A stretch of 64,000 bases of DNA, taken from the NCBI RefSeq assembly GCF_036588685.1, contig NW_026963294.1, positions 5,022,001 through 5,086,000 on the forward strand. The letters are read 5' to 3'. The notes below the pieces were generated by a model. That model was not told the origin of the DNA. It did no database searches and saw only the letters and a program-made list of their open reading frames with translations. Within the stretch, counting starts at the first letter, position 1. Each line of letters begins with the position of its first letter. The stretch comes from Mytilus trossulus (Eukaryota). This document shows, in pieces, positions 1 to 12,545 of the stretch. The position numbers were made by a program, and so were the translations under genes.

Positions 1-297
1 CGATAAAGGATAGAAATCATGTGAAGCCTAATGGTGATGTCATATAGCCAACGAGTTGTATTACAATTTCTAGCATAACAGTAACAGTAACTTGAATCCT
101 AATAACAAAACAAAGCCAATCATAACTAATTATAGATTGCAGTAAACAATTAAGTTCTCCAAAGACGACAATGGTAGCCTAGCTGGTATAAAAAATACAT
201 TTATAACAAAACATGAATGATAAAACACGTGTATTGTTCTGTTAACAAAATAAATTCATATTCGCTCAATTTCTTAAAAAAAAATAAAATGGAATAC

Positions 298-510
298 CTA
301 TTTGTTACATCAAGTCGTATTACCCAAGGCTCGATAAAAGTTGATAGAACAGTTACATTGCTTCCGTCTAGATTGCATCTTGAGAGGTGGTTTATAAAAG
401 AATCAATCCAGTAGAGATGATCATTAGCTGAATCAACAGCTATTCCTGTTGGATATGACAATGACTGGACAACTGTCTGTAGTGTTGTAGTATTTGAGGG
501 ATAAGCAAAT
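298..510 (-). CDS. Exon of LRP/LDLR-like YWTD beta-propeller gene
   Basis: Acceptor tgtttatag, donor gtattc, 213 bp, phase 2/2. Encodes FAYPSNTTTLQTVVQSLSYPTGIAVDSANDHLYWIDSFINHLSRCNLDGSNVTVLSTFIEPWVIRLDVTNR, a clear PxGIAVD...LYWxD...RxNLDGS repeat. Phase matches the 29107 donor (CG+A=Arg). Confidence 0.9.
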
Positions 511-1602
511 CTATAAACATTATAAAAAGTAATTGACATTAAATAAGATTAATCCGGCCACGTTTCGCACCTGTCCCAAGACAAGAGCCTCTGGAATTTG
601 TTATTCTTATATACTTTTTTTTTAGTTCATTTCTATTTTTTGTTAAGTCTTAAGTTCATTTTTGATAAACGTGAACGCATTTTTGTTTTGATGCGTTAAA
701 GTCTCCTTCCGTGTGTATGATTTTCTCTCTGTTTTGAAGGCCCATTAATGGTTTTCGGCTGTTCTCTGCTCTTTAGTTGGGTTGTTGACTCTTTGACACA
801 ATCCCCATTGCAATTCTTAAGTTTCTTCTAACTATGACGTGTTTACTGATCTTGTTATAAATACAAAACATCTCTACTGACTTATTCATAGAACACTCAC
901 AATAAATTGAATATGTTATATTATGAAAGCGACATAGTGTACGATACAATGACGAATTGATGTTGATGTTTTAGTTTAGACAGGTAACATGCAATTTTGC
1001 TTCAGATGTTAAGGTGTGTTTAGACATATATACCGAACACATCAATTAACGCTGCATTAAAGCTGAAAAATATTCAGTACTTGTTGAACACATACATCAT
1101 AAACTTGTCGAGACTATGTATCGTATTGTTATCTATTGTTTTTTCTCAAAACCAACTTATGTAATCTTTATTTGTAAACTTAATCAAAACTATTTATGCA
1201 ATTACAAGTTGTCATATTTCAGGACAACGTATTTAAAGTTATAATGTTTTCAGAAAATGTTATATTAGGATCTGCATGGACTACATACAGATTAGACTGT
1301 TAAGTTTCACATATGCTGAGTAAAGGATACAGTGATAGTATTTAGTAGTAGTAGTAAATTACTGGAATCGATTAAAATGTTTATTAAATCATTAAACACA
1401 GTCGCCAGTAATGTTAACAAAAATTAGCGGTATGCTTAAATTTGGTCTTACATTGTATTTATTAGATTTATAGAAATGAATGGAAATATCATATAGAAAT
1501 GGGATATACTTAAATCAGATGATAAAAGGGGTATATATTTTCAGAATTATTAAAGAAACTAGTGGTAGTGGAAATAGAGGTATTTATGGTGGCGGAAGTA
1601 GT

Positions 1603-2020
1603 NNNNNNNNNNNNNNNNNNNNNNNNNNNNNNNNNNNNNNNNNNNNNNNNNNNNNNNNNNNNNNNNNNNNNNNNNNNNNNNNNNNNNNNNNNNNNNNNNN
1701 NNNNNNNNNNNNNNNNNNNNNNNNNNNNNNNNNNNNNNNNNNNNNNNNNNNNNNNNNNNNNNNNNNNNNNNNNNNNNNNNNNNNNNNNNNNNNNNNNNNN
1801 NNNNNNNNNNNNNNNNNNNNNNNNNNNNNNNNNNNNNNNNNNNNNNNNNNNNNNNNNNNNNNNNNNNNNNNNNNNNNNNNNNNNNNNNNNNNNNNNNNNN
1901 NNNNNNNNNNNNNNNNNNNNNNNNNNNNNNNNNNNNNNNNNNNNNNNNNNNNNNNNNNNNNNNNNNNNNNNNNNNNNNNNNNNNNNNNNNNNNNNNNNNN
2001 NNNNNNNNNNNNNNNNNNNN
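1603..2020. other. Assembly gap (418 N) flanked by (TAG)n
   Basis: N run with agtagt on the left and tagtagtagt on the right; probably an unresolved microsatellite. Confidence 0.95.
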
Positions 2021-3865
2021 TAGTAGTAGTGATATAAGTAAAGTTAAGTTATAGGGCAAACACCAGATTTTGGGTTTCTTCAGAAAAATAGCAGCCAGAA
2101 CATTATCCAATTAACAGCTTATTGAGAAATCAATTATTCAAACACATGTTTATTTGTCTTCACAGCAGGAAATCTTCTGATTACCAAAATATTTGAGACG
2201 ACTGACCAGAAATGACCATAAGATTACTACGTATATTCAAAAATATTGTTCCACATGTAAATAGATAGTTATCAGAATAAAAAATTCTGACTTTTGAATT
2301 TGATCTATACATGACCCTCCCCCCCCCTTTTCATGATACAAATTTTGGCAAGGCAAACATTTGAAAACAGAGTATTTGTGTTCAGTATTTAATTGTTTTT
2401 TTCATTGATAAACTAGGCCAACCTAAACATCTTGTAAAAGTTTTAAAAGATTAGAAACATACGTTTAAAAGATATGGCAACTCAAATATGGCATCTTTTA
2501 CATACTAGTATCGGCCAAAATTGGAAGTTTCTGAAATATGAGTATAGGGTTAAATTTCTTAAATTTTTAATAAATCAATCCTAAATTGACAATAGCATAG
2601 CTAATAATGATAGCTGGGGTGAATATTAGTTCAGTATTACCCCTTTCTTGTTAGTTTGTCCATCCAGATTGAAAATTTTGCCAGAACTTTAATAGGGGGT
2701 ATCAGAATCAACCCCGGAAAGTGAATTGAAAAAAAATGTGTCGGTTTTTTCTCATAAAACTAAGCATTTGGAGTGCTATACCAGTCAGTTGTTCTTGCAA
2801 TTTTTTTTTTTAAATTTAACTGTTAGTTGTTTTGGTATTTTAGTTTAAATTACGCCCCACCCTCAAATTGGTTCATTAAATAAGAGAGAAATCTATTCAA
2901 AAAGTACATAATGGCCATATTTTTGTTCGTCTTTTGAAATAGGCCAGGCTTTTTGGCATGTGGATGAATCATCACATGGTTAAGTGTCTTGCATCATGAT
3001 GACCTTTGTGTGACCTTCAAAAAAACTTCCATTTGTTTGTTTGTTTCACATTATTTTTGGGGCCCCTTATTATTATAGAGAATGGTTACTCTACTCAGTA
3101 ATAATCTTGAATTTAGACGTGAGAAGAAATATTTTCACTTGTCTCTTGCAATAACACCACACTTTCTTTTTTATATTTATTTCAAAATTTCATTTGATAA
3201 AATAAAATAAATAACAAATTTTGCTATCCCTTCGAAATTTAAATTTGATAAAGCGAAAATAGCATGTTCTATTTATATCATATATGTGTACAGTTTCAAC
3301 TATGATTCTAAAAATAGACTTTACTTTCCCTAAAATTGCGGACGGAATAGACACCCGTTAATTTTCTACACCTGTCAGGATAATGGTAGAAAAAAGATAC
3401 TAGAAAGATATAGTGTTTTTTTATTCAGATGAATTAAAAAAGCAAAAATATGTGTCGTTTTTGGACTGAAACGAACGTTTTTTCTTCTTTTTGCCTTGTT
3501 CCGTGACATGTAAATGATGCACTGGTGGTTGATTATCCCTCTTGGTATCTTCTAACTTTTTACATGAATAAAAATCATGCAATAAAATATTCAATTGCAC
3601 TTTATAAAATATGACAGCAATTATGAAATTATAAATTATTCGTAATTTTTTTTTACATTACTACATGTATTACTAAGGCCATATCATATTTCAATAAAAA
3701 ATACATGTCTCGTTTATTTTTATTTTTATTGTGGAGTCCATTCAGTACTGATTTAATCAATTTGATGAGAAGATCTACGAACATAATCATTATGTAATTG
3801 TCCAGGGAATATTATTAATTCGGTTAAAATTTCATTGTCGCAGGGAGCTACAAAATGTACCATTT

Positions 3866-4061
3866 GAGAGTGGAGTAGAAGGGGTCCTGATCCCGAAATC
3901 CGATTAAAAACACAAAATCCCGAGGTCCCGAATTTAAATAAATTTAAATCCCGACATCCGGAAATTCGAAAAAATAATTTCCAGATCATGAAAAGGTCAA
4001 TCCCTAAATTCTGACCTTAAACACTCGATTCGGAAGTCCTGATAAACGTCCTATCCACCCT
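3866..4061. mobile_element. Short MITE with ATCCCGA internal repeats (Sola-like ends), degenerate copy
   Basis: Similar to 63396-63595: aggggtcctgatccc...tcctatcc with repeated atcccga. Confidence 0.55.
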
Positions 4062-4985
4062 AATGTGAGGAGGGGTAAAAAACGAAGACAGTTATGGTCT
4101 TTCCTCTTTCTGTTTCACTCATTTCTAATGTCCTGGTTTTCTTTTGGTAAATTTATTTCACTTTGAAATTCCCAATTATGTCTCATTGAAGATTCATTTA
4201 TGGAAAATGAGTTACTTTAAATAAATTAAATGATTAAATGAATAACAAAGGGTGTACAACTGGTCTTAGCAATAATGTAAATATTCTGATCATGATCTTT
4301 TAAAAGCTTGCATATTGTACATAATTTTAAAACGTAGCAATGAATCAGACTATGAGTCAGAGTTATTTTTTCTTATGTGTTCTGTACCCCCTTAAGTGTA
4401 TAACTTAATCTACAATATAAATATGAATAATGCATTACTGATTTTGTAAAATAATATTCTTTTGTATACTGGAATACCTTGAGAAATTATCAAATTTAAT
4501 GTTCTTGTACCACAGGCACACTTCGAAAATGTTTTCTCTTAATAACGGTGTCAAAAAGTTTTGACATTTTTATAAGTTCCAGTTTTAAAATTTGGTATTT
4601 GTCAAGCCTGCAAATAAAGTGACAAAATCTAGACATAACAATGCTTCTATGGGGATCAGATTTATATAAGTTCTTCTTGTTTCCAAATCCCTACATTTCT
4701 AGCATTACGTTATTGCAACTAGTGCACTTTAGAAAATTAAATACAGGTTTGAAATTACACTAATCCTTCTCTAGTGGTGTCACATCATTTAGATTCATTC
4801 TTTAGTTATTTTCTTTTTTAAGTGCGGCGATATCATTTTGTCTGGATTTTATTTCAACTGTTCTGTATTTTGCTGAAGGTTAGAACTATTTTTGTTTAAT
4901 AAATATTTAGATACAGTCTTGGGTTTAAGTTAATTGATTTTTATTACATTAAATATTTCACCTTCATAAATTTAGATAACAGAAT

Positions 4986-6123
4986 TTAACGAAACGCTGA
5001 ATCCCAATAACTAAGAGGAGGAAAAACAACATGTTGAGCAGCAATTAAAGGCCCTAAAGAATAGAGGTTGTTACAATGAAGAGGCATGGAACGTAAATAA
5101 TGGTTATAAAAGGCACTATCAGACCTCCAAAAACCAGCTGAAATGATTTCCGACATAGAGGAGGAATTAAAAATGTTCCAAGAAGAGGCTAAAGCTCTAA
5201 CTTCATGTGCTTTAACTTGATGTTTAACTAAAACTTCAGAAGAAGCAGACTTATAAGCCAAAATGATAGTATTGCAAATCCAGGTAAAAATGGTTTTAGC
5301 TGAAATGTCAGAAATTCCTTTTTTAATAGGAATGAACAACCTAGAAGAACCAGCAGATCTTAATTTAGCTGAAGAAGCTAGGTAAACAAGCAAGGCTCTC
5401 ACTGGACACAAAACCTGATTATCCGCCGTGGGAGGTAACGCAGGAATAGTAATTAAACCAGAACCTTTATCAGGTAACTGGTTCTTTGCTAAAAAAAGAT
5501 GGATCAGTGAGAAGAGTAACTGAAGACTTATCAGCCGCAAAGCGGAGACAAGACTCAGAAATTGACAAGGCATGAATCTCACTCCTTCTGCGACCCGTAG
5601 CCAAAGCTATCAGAAAACAACATTTATAAGATAAAAATTTCAAGGAGACTGAATGTAAAGGTTCAAAAGGTGGGAACTGAAACACCTTCAAAACTAAACC
5701 TAAGTCCCAAGAAGGAACCAAACGCCTTTGACGAGGTCTATTAAGGCAAAAGTTTTTTATCAACAAAGACAAAAACTCATTGTCACCAAAATCAGAGCCT
5801 CCTGAAAGTGATATTGTTCTGGCTATGGCAGATCTATATCCCTTTATAGTAGGAGGAGAATAACCCTTTTCTTCAAAAAGATGAAGGAAAAAATGCGCTA
5901 ACTGTTGGACAGTAACTGTGATAGGATCAATCTGTTTCGACAGACACCAAGTACAGAAAATTGACCATTTGGAGTCATACACTGCTCCTGTAGATTGTCT
6001 GACTGATCCTGAGATACGCTTGGTTGCTCCCTCAGAAAAGCCTCCCTTTCTGAGGGAATTCCTGACAGTAACCAAGCGTGCAGATGGAAAGATGAATAGG
6101 AGGATTGACCTCCTCCAACACAC
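4986..6123 (-). pseudogene. DIRS tyrosine recombinase (lambda-integrase family) with one frameshift
   Basis: SAM-like N-domain (STGAVYDSKW...TIKGYRSAI). Catalytic motifs GRRRSEI, AKNQ, HEVR, GFW and NHYL, plus LCPVRAL. One extra base in the A7 run at 5491-5497 splits the ORF. Confidence 0.9.
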
Positions 6124-6340
6124 CCTTCTGTATAAGAATGTTCACTTCGTCTTGTAACAACTGATTCTTTTGAGAATCCTTTGTCACTGACAGATTGATT
6201 GGAACAGGAGAAAGAGGAGGCTGTTCCAGAAACTGAAGTTCCAATCTCCTCCGTAAAATCGAACGTACCCACTTGTCTGAAGTTATCAGAGCCCATTGAT
6301 CTAGAAAGTTGGACAGCCTGCCCCCCACTGGAAGAAGAGG
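5898..6340 (-). pseudogene. DIRS ORF2 (pol) remnant: RT N-terminal leader fused out of frame to the ORF2 C-terminus
   Basis: LPVGGRLSNFLDQWALITSDKWV...DEVNILIQKGVLEEV is the DIRS1 RT leader. It abuts FHLHAWLLSG, the ORF2 end motif, near 6100. No YLDD, RNase H or methyltransferase motifs lie between them. Confidence 0.8.
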
Positions 6341-6401
6341 AAGAGGAGAAGTATAGTTTTCCTCTTCCAGTGGGGAACGATTAAACGGAGGGGACAACAC
6401 A

Positions 6402-8143
6402 TCACTTACCCTGCTTCTTTCCCTTAACAACTTTAGCTTTCTTCTCACTAGAATAGTTGGGACGAGAAAAAGCTGGTCTCTTCGTAGGCTGTGAATTTGA
6501 AGAAGAAGAAGAGGTAGAAGCCTTGGGTTGATGAGAAGAAGAAGGATTGTTAACCTGAGTGGTCTTGACAAATCTTTTCCCATCAGTGACCTTTACATCC
6601 ACCTTGACCACAGGAGGGGCCTTATTCAACTCCTCCTGTAACTGCTCTAAGGAAACAGAGAACAACTTGTCCTTAGAACTGACAAGTATCTGCTGAAGCG
6701 CTTCAGAGACAGTTGATTTATCAAGAATCTCCTGTCTCTTAGCAAGAGTAAAGTTGGCCACAGTACCAAGACGAATTGAGACATTCCAAGACTCTTGTCT
6801 ACCTGAAGCAGCATAGACCTCAAGTCTGAAAATTCCTCCCCTTTGTCATTTTAAAGAGACCCAGCTGCTGACAAAAAGTGCGCAGCTGTCTCAAGAACAA
6901 AAGTCAAACACCTCAGATTATTCTCTGACTTGACAAAAGAAGCTTGAGAAAGTCTGAGGCCATCCAAAGGTTTCGAACCAAGTAAACTAGAAAAAGCCCT
7001 GTCACAATTAGGAGCCGACATACCCAAGGAAGATCCATGGATCTCAAAGTCCTTAGATCTACATCTCCCTGGGTAAGAGGCAGGTCCGAAACCAGAGAAC
7101 TTACTACCACCAGTTGTGCTAGTGTTAGCAAGATTCTCAGCCAGAGAAGAGTTTACAAAAGACAAAGCAGTTGTAAAGTGCCCCGACTCTTGAAAAGAAT
7201 AATACCCCTTAGACTCTGGCTTGACTATACCTGAGCAAGCCATGAAATCCGAAAGAGTAGAAGAAACCCTAGGTGGAGACGACATGGGCATATTTGACAT
7301 ATCCCTGCGAATCGAGTAGACCAGACTCCTAAGACAATCAGAATTGCCCGAAGAAGGCTCCTTAGGAATGAAAGCATCTCCCTCTGTGCTTACTACACTG
7401 TCAACATCTGAAATACCACCTTGGTCATCCAAGAAGTTACCCTCTTGACTTCTAGGAGCCAAAGACACCGAGTCGTCTTCCAACAACTGTCTAGGAGGTC
7501 TGACAGGGTCCTGTACAGGATCCTGAGACAGACCCCTAGACTCCATCAGATCAAGCCTGTTACCAAACTCCATAAACTTAGCATTCACAGTAGCTTGAAT
7601 CTTGTGTATGGACGTGGTAAGACTCCTCATCTCATCCTTAAAAGAGGATGACTCTGAAGAGGGTCTACCACCAAACCCCTGACCAAACCAAACTGATTGA
7701 GCCGAATACGGGTCAAAGGGCTGGGGATAAGGCGGCAAGTTGGGCATACCCATAGACATGGGAGGGTAGGCAAAATTCATGGTCCACCTAGTCCTGGAAA
7801 AGGGGTCACTCCTGATGCCAGCTGGTAGAGTCTCCTGTCTGCTTGTCGTGCAAGACACAGGAGACGTTGGTATCTGTACAGGCCTAGTAACGGTGTGTGA
7901 TACCCCGCTAGGCCTAGATAGCCTCAACTGACTGGCACCGGGAGTGAACGGCAAAGTCCTGACAGGAACATAATCTGAGTCCTGTTCCATACCAACACCT
8001 GAAACACCTGGAAATTCCAAACTTCTATCCCAAAAGTCATCAGAATGGGTGGCCGAACGCCAAGGGGACAACAAATTACTGTTGGAAGTGTGTATTTGAC
8101 TGTCACTTACCCCTTGGGTAGCCGAAGCTGGAATTTTATCCAT
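6402..8143 (-). pseudogene. DIRS ORF1 (gag-like), disrupted
   Basis: The 430-aa ORF ends at an in-frame TAA (6851-6853). The frame continues NDKGEEFSDLRSMLLQVDKSLGMSQ, then shifts near 6770 into LGTVANFTLAKRQEILDKS and a Ser/Lys-rich tail overlapping ORF2. Confidence 0.75.
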
Positions 8144-8410
8144 AATATTCAGATAAAATTATGATAAATTATCTAAATATACTTATAATAAACAAAAAAT
8201 ATCAATTTAAATTTCTATATATATATAATAAACAACTTGTTTGCAAAAAAAAAATGTTTCCTCCTCCACAAAAGCGTGCAGCATGCGTTGCTGAACCGGA
8301 AAAAATGATGAATGTTTAGGAAGCACATGTGTCAGGTGGGAGAGGTTGTCACGGGTTCATGGTTCTTTTTCTGGCTGGTTTCCTGTTGAATAATGCAGCG
8401 AGTGGACTGA

Positions 8411-8452
8411 TATCTAAATTTATGAAGGTAAGGTATTTAATGTAATAAAAAT
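8411..8452 (-). repeat. DIRS 5' terminal (ITR) segment, inverted partner of 4937-4978
   Basis: tatctaaatttatgaaggtaaggtatttaatgtaataaaaat versus the reverse complement of 4937-4978: 3 mismatches. Confidence 0.9.
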
Positions 8453-9040
8453 GGTGGTTTTACCGAATTGCATGCGATAATGACTTTTATATGTTTAGAC
8501 ATATTCATCCTGCAATAAAACCGCATAAAGCATGGACAATTGCGAAACAGTTTCCCGAACTTCGTGTCTCCGCCAAGTATTTATTGACTTATGTTCTATA
8601 GTACGTTATGAAGATGAACATTTAATTTGCGACAAATGTGGAAAGTTCTTTTTGAATATCGCTGAACACTTACTGGTATCCTGTGATTTTATACAAGACA
8701 AAAGAGATGATCTATGGCAAGACATTATTTACATTAATCCCATTCAGTTCAGTGTTTTTTATGGACAGTCTTTCGGCACATGAATTCACAACAACAATTC
8801 TCTCTTGCAATACGTCATATGAATTAGAAAATGATGAATTAACTTTTTTCTCTAAGACTTGTGTTCGTCACGTTGAAAAGATCTGCAGATATTTCTACAA
8901 TCGATAGAAGATGTGTCCGTTATCAATATTATAGACATATTAACTTTAAACAGTGACTTTGATTCTTTGTTTTTTTGTAATTTTCTGATTTACATATTTT
9001 CATGTACACCAAATCTCTATAATAGAGGAAATAAAGTTAT
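8453..9040 (+). mobile_element. 3' end of a non-LTR retrotransposon (LINE ORF2 C-terminus and tail), frameshifted
   Basis: Joined frames read RIACDNDFYMFRHIHPAIKPHKAW...LICDKCGKFFLNIAEHLLVSC (CX2C...H...C) ...ICRYFYNR*. A short UTR ends aataaagttatata. Confidence 0.7.
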
Positions 9041-9059
9041 ATATATTGTGCTTTGGTAT

Positions 9060-9614
9060 ATTTAGAATCTGTAATAAACCTTAATTATCTGGAAAATGAG
9101 ATAATGAATTATCTAACGGTATTTTTTTATATAAATTATCTGCAAAATGAGATAATGAATTATCTGACGGTATTTTTTATATAAATTATCTGCAAAATGA
9201 GATAATGAATTATCTGGAATTGAGATAATGAATTATCTGACGGTATCTGGCAAACGATTGTCGTCCAATTATAACACTCGTTATATTGTTCTTTGGTATA
9301 TTTAAACTTAAATTATCTGGAAAATGAGATAATACATTATCTGAAATCAGATAATTAATTATCTGGAGATAAATTAGGATTATCTAAAAATCGTTCAGAT
9401 AATCCTAGATTTTCTTAATATTTTAAAATAAACCGGGATTTTCTCCAGATAATGAACTTTATGTATTTTCTGAGATAAACTAGGATTTTTTCAAATTTGA
9501 ATTAAGCTGAGATAATCTTAGTTTATCTGAGATAAACCGGGATAATCTCAGATAAACTTAGTTTATCTGAGATCATCTAAGATTATTTAATAAAAGTGGT
9601 TCAGGCGTGCCATA
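9060..9614. mobile_element. Right end of a TAYGG/CCRTA-terminated (IS3EU-like) element with palindromic tandem array
   Basis: Array of AGATAATGAATTATCT-type palindromes ending in ggcgtgCCATA. No left end was found. Confidence 0.5.
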
Positions 9615-11619
9615 CATTCCATCGTTGTCACTTTCACCTGACATACAAATCACATATTGTTATTACGGCCCGTTATTTCCACCTGGACACAGGCCTTATA
9701 TAATATATATATTACCTAATAATAGCGGATAGTAAATTCAGTAGAATATAACATGTATCATCGCACTGACTTCTTAAATGTATTTTGAACTGACAATTGT
9801 AAATAGTATTTTTAGTTATTTTAAAACTAAGAATGAAAATCGGGAATGTGTCAAAGAGACAACAACCCGAAAAGAACAATTGACAGCCGAAGGCCACCAG
9901 TTATATTTGCTAATGTTTTAGTTTCGAATAAGGCAAAAGCCATTGTATTTTCAGAAAATCTCTAAACGGATAATGAGAGTTTAGTGACCTTGACTTGCTA
10001 ACAGCCCTAGCACTGTCTCTAAACATTGTCGAATTTAAGAGCCTGTATCAATTAAGGGATATGCTACCTAGCTTTTGGTGTTTACAAAAATATACATTTC
10101 AGAACCAAATTGTGGCTTCTTTATATTTATACCAAAATTGAGTTCAAAACAGTATTTTGTCGAAGAGAACTATTACCCAAAGTGCAACATGCGAGAAGAA
10201 GTTTCATTTCCCTTATTGTTTTTAGTGGTGTGACTAATCTTTCGAGATTACGTCACGGAAATATATCTTAAATGAAAAGGTGCAACTGGGTGCATCCCTC
10301 AAAAACAAATTTAAAAAAATCTAAATATATAAAATGACGGATATTCGTCAATCAGACAGCAATCCAAGAATAAGAGGTTTAAGCATACATGTACCCCGCG
10401 CTGGTATCAACTTACTGAGTTGTGAGTAAAATTCAATATACATGTAGGACTGTGAAACGGGAAATACACGAAAGATTTGTTTTTATACGTACGATTGAGT
10501 AGCATTCCCTAAATACATACGGGTCCACAAACTATTCTTATGATTATATAATGGTAAATGAGGATCTCATTAGAGAAACAAATTAAGTAACGATACATGT
10601 AGAAGCAAGAATAATTTCCATTTGCAAAACATCAAATAGGAACGCAGCAACTTGAACTATAACATCCATAGGCAATAACACTATAGTAAATGCTTTATAT
10701 ACTGACATTGAAACAAATATACTGCTCATAATAATTGCACATATGTAGACTTTAATTAAGATATCCCGCGTTTTATAAAACATCGCACTCCATTGCACCA
10801 AAGTCTGCTGGTCTGCTCCAAAGTGTGCTGAGCTATTATTTCATTATTCAACCCAATGTAACGCAAAACAAATAATACCGTTTTGAGCTATAAAACAAAG
10901 GCAACCCTTTATACTAGTCAAAAATTGCTTGGTCTTGATAGATGCATACGAAACTTCAATTAATTGTTTGTATTTTATTATATCCGATAGAAAAGAACAA
11001 AAATTGGATAAAAACTACCGATTTTTCTATGAAACAAAATTTATCCTTATTGGAGTCTTTGTCATATGGATTCATAAAGGACAAAAAAATCTCCTCAGTA
11101 ACAGAACAAAAAACACCCCATGGTAAAAAAAAACACGGGTGCGTCTAAAGGAGTCCTTAGTGCACTAAGAACTTATAACATGCCACTAAGGACTAGATGG
11201 GATTCTGTTACATGTAATTTCTTTTCATATTATGGTATATTTCGATATTTAATGCATAAATTTCAAATTTTATAGAAAAGTAATAATAAATAAACAAGAT
11301 ATTCAACATTATCAAGACACGCGCCTGTTTTTCTTTGATATGCCGAAAATCAATGAACCGTCTTACACGTGTCAAATTACACAACTGATTACACGGGAAT
11401 CCTCCTATCTGATGTCTTAACGTTTAATCGATAAGATCGGTAAAATTGGATACTTATAAATGAATAATTCTTGGGAAAAAAATCAGAACGAAGAAGTATT
11501 TTCTCAAGTGTATTTTGAAATCATTTCAAGTAAATGATAAATTTGTCAACAGAGTAATAGATCTAATGTCGGTTTTTAAAAGACCGCATACAAATTTTGC
11601 GTTCGTATATTGGTATCAC

Positions 11620-11799
11620 TTTGTCGTCGTCCGTCGTCAGCTTGACTTCTTCGTGGAGCGTTTTCACAAATTGTGGTATACTTTGTTGTTTCCAGTTAAT
11701 CGCCATTTTGAATACGTGTTTTATAGATTTGCAAATGATACTTGTCCACACATGAACATGTTGAAGCTGGTTACGAGGTTTCAATACATATTCGTACAA
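11620..11799 (-). pseudogene. MULE-like transposase fragment
   Basis: WTSIICKSIKHVFKMAINWKQQSIPQFVKTLHEEVK resembles the WTNNxxESxNHVLKxxxxWK segment around the catalytic Glu of MULE transposases (recalled motif). Glu is replaced by Lys here. Confidence 0.5.
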
Positions 11800-12027
11800 T
11801 AGTTCTTAAAGTTTTTGAAAATACATGTTGAAGTTTTGATAACAAGAAAAAGATGTGGTATGATTTGGGATGAGACAACTCATCGCAAAATATAAAATGA
11901 CACAGAAGTTTTCACCATAAGTCACCCCACGGCCTTCAACAGTGAGTAATGAACGCACCACAGTAACTATTTCATAAATTATCTCATACAATATGTTAAA
12001 CAGACAATTTGTTAAAAAAAAATCGTA

Positions 12028-12364
12028 AAGGTTCCGGGGAACCCAGTGTCTTGCCTATTCTTTCTGTTAATCGCATGCTCAACAACAATGAGGAAATAAA
12101 TCAATAAAATATTCTTGTTGATACTATCTTTTGATTGAAAAAAGTTTCTGTCCAAGTTTGGTAAAAACCCAGGACAATTTATGAATCTAATAAATTTTTT
12201 AAAACTTCCTGATACTATCTTATAATTATTAACAAGCTTCTGTCCAAGTTTTATAGAAATCCAGGATAGTTTAAGAAACGGTCATTACAATTTCAAAGAC
12301 GCCGACGGGATGTAGGATCGCTTAGTCTCGCTTTTTCGACTAAAGTCGAAGACTCGACAAAAAA
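12028..12364 (-). mobile_element. Helentron-type non-autonomous element (HINE), nested in the MULE relic
   Basis: Subterminal inverted motifs (tgtcttgcct / agactcgaca), hairpin ttcgactaaagtcgaa, GACG repeat, terminal A-run and an internal duplicated unit. Confidence 0.55.
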
Positions 12365-12403
12365 CATACAAATCAGATTTCTTTTGACATACGGGCGCAC
12401 TAG

Positions 12404-12545
12404 GCTTTTTTATACGCCCGTCAACATTTTGACGGGACGTTTTATGGTATACAAATGTCCGGCGTCCGTCCGTCCGCATGTCGCACTGTAACTTGAGAAC
12501 CGCTTATCCATTTCATGAAACTTAACATAGTTGTTTCTTATGATG
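12404..12545 (+). mobile_element. 5' end of a DINE-1/HINE-like element
   Basis: ttttttatacgcccgtcaa...ttgacggg hairpin followed by a (GTCC)n microsatellite. Confidence 0.65.

Larger units (their letters stand above)
4937..8452 (-). mobile_element. DIRS1-like tyrosine-recombinase retrotransposon, internally deleted and non-autonomous
   Basis: GC-richer block with a gag-like ORF1, remnants of both ends of ORF2 and an overlapping YR ORF3. Bounded by a 42-bp inverted match (4937-4978 vs 8411-8452, 39/42 identical). Confidence 0.9.

Noticed and set aside
1-98. Possible next YWTD exon after a ttattag acceptor
   Set aside because: The phase-2 frame reaches TGA after about 26 codons and has no propeller motif.
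1480-2110. ORFs spanning the N run
   Set aside because: Artefacts of translating Ns.
4986-6123. Prophage integrase or bacterial contamination
   Set aside because: Gag-like ORF, DIRS ORF2 motifs and the ITR/ICR match identify a eukaryotic DIRS element.
5918-7651. Plus-strand ORFs over the DIRS element
   Set aside because: Antisense shadows of GC-richer coding sequence.
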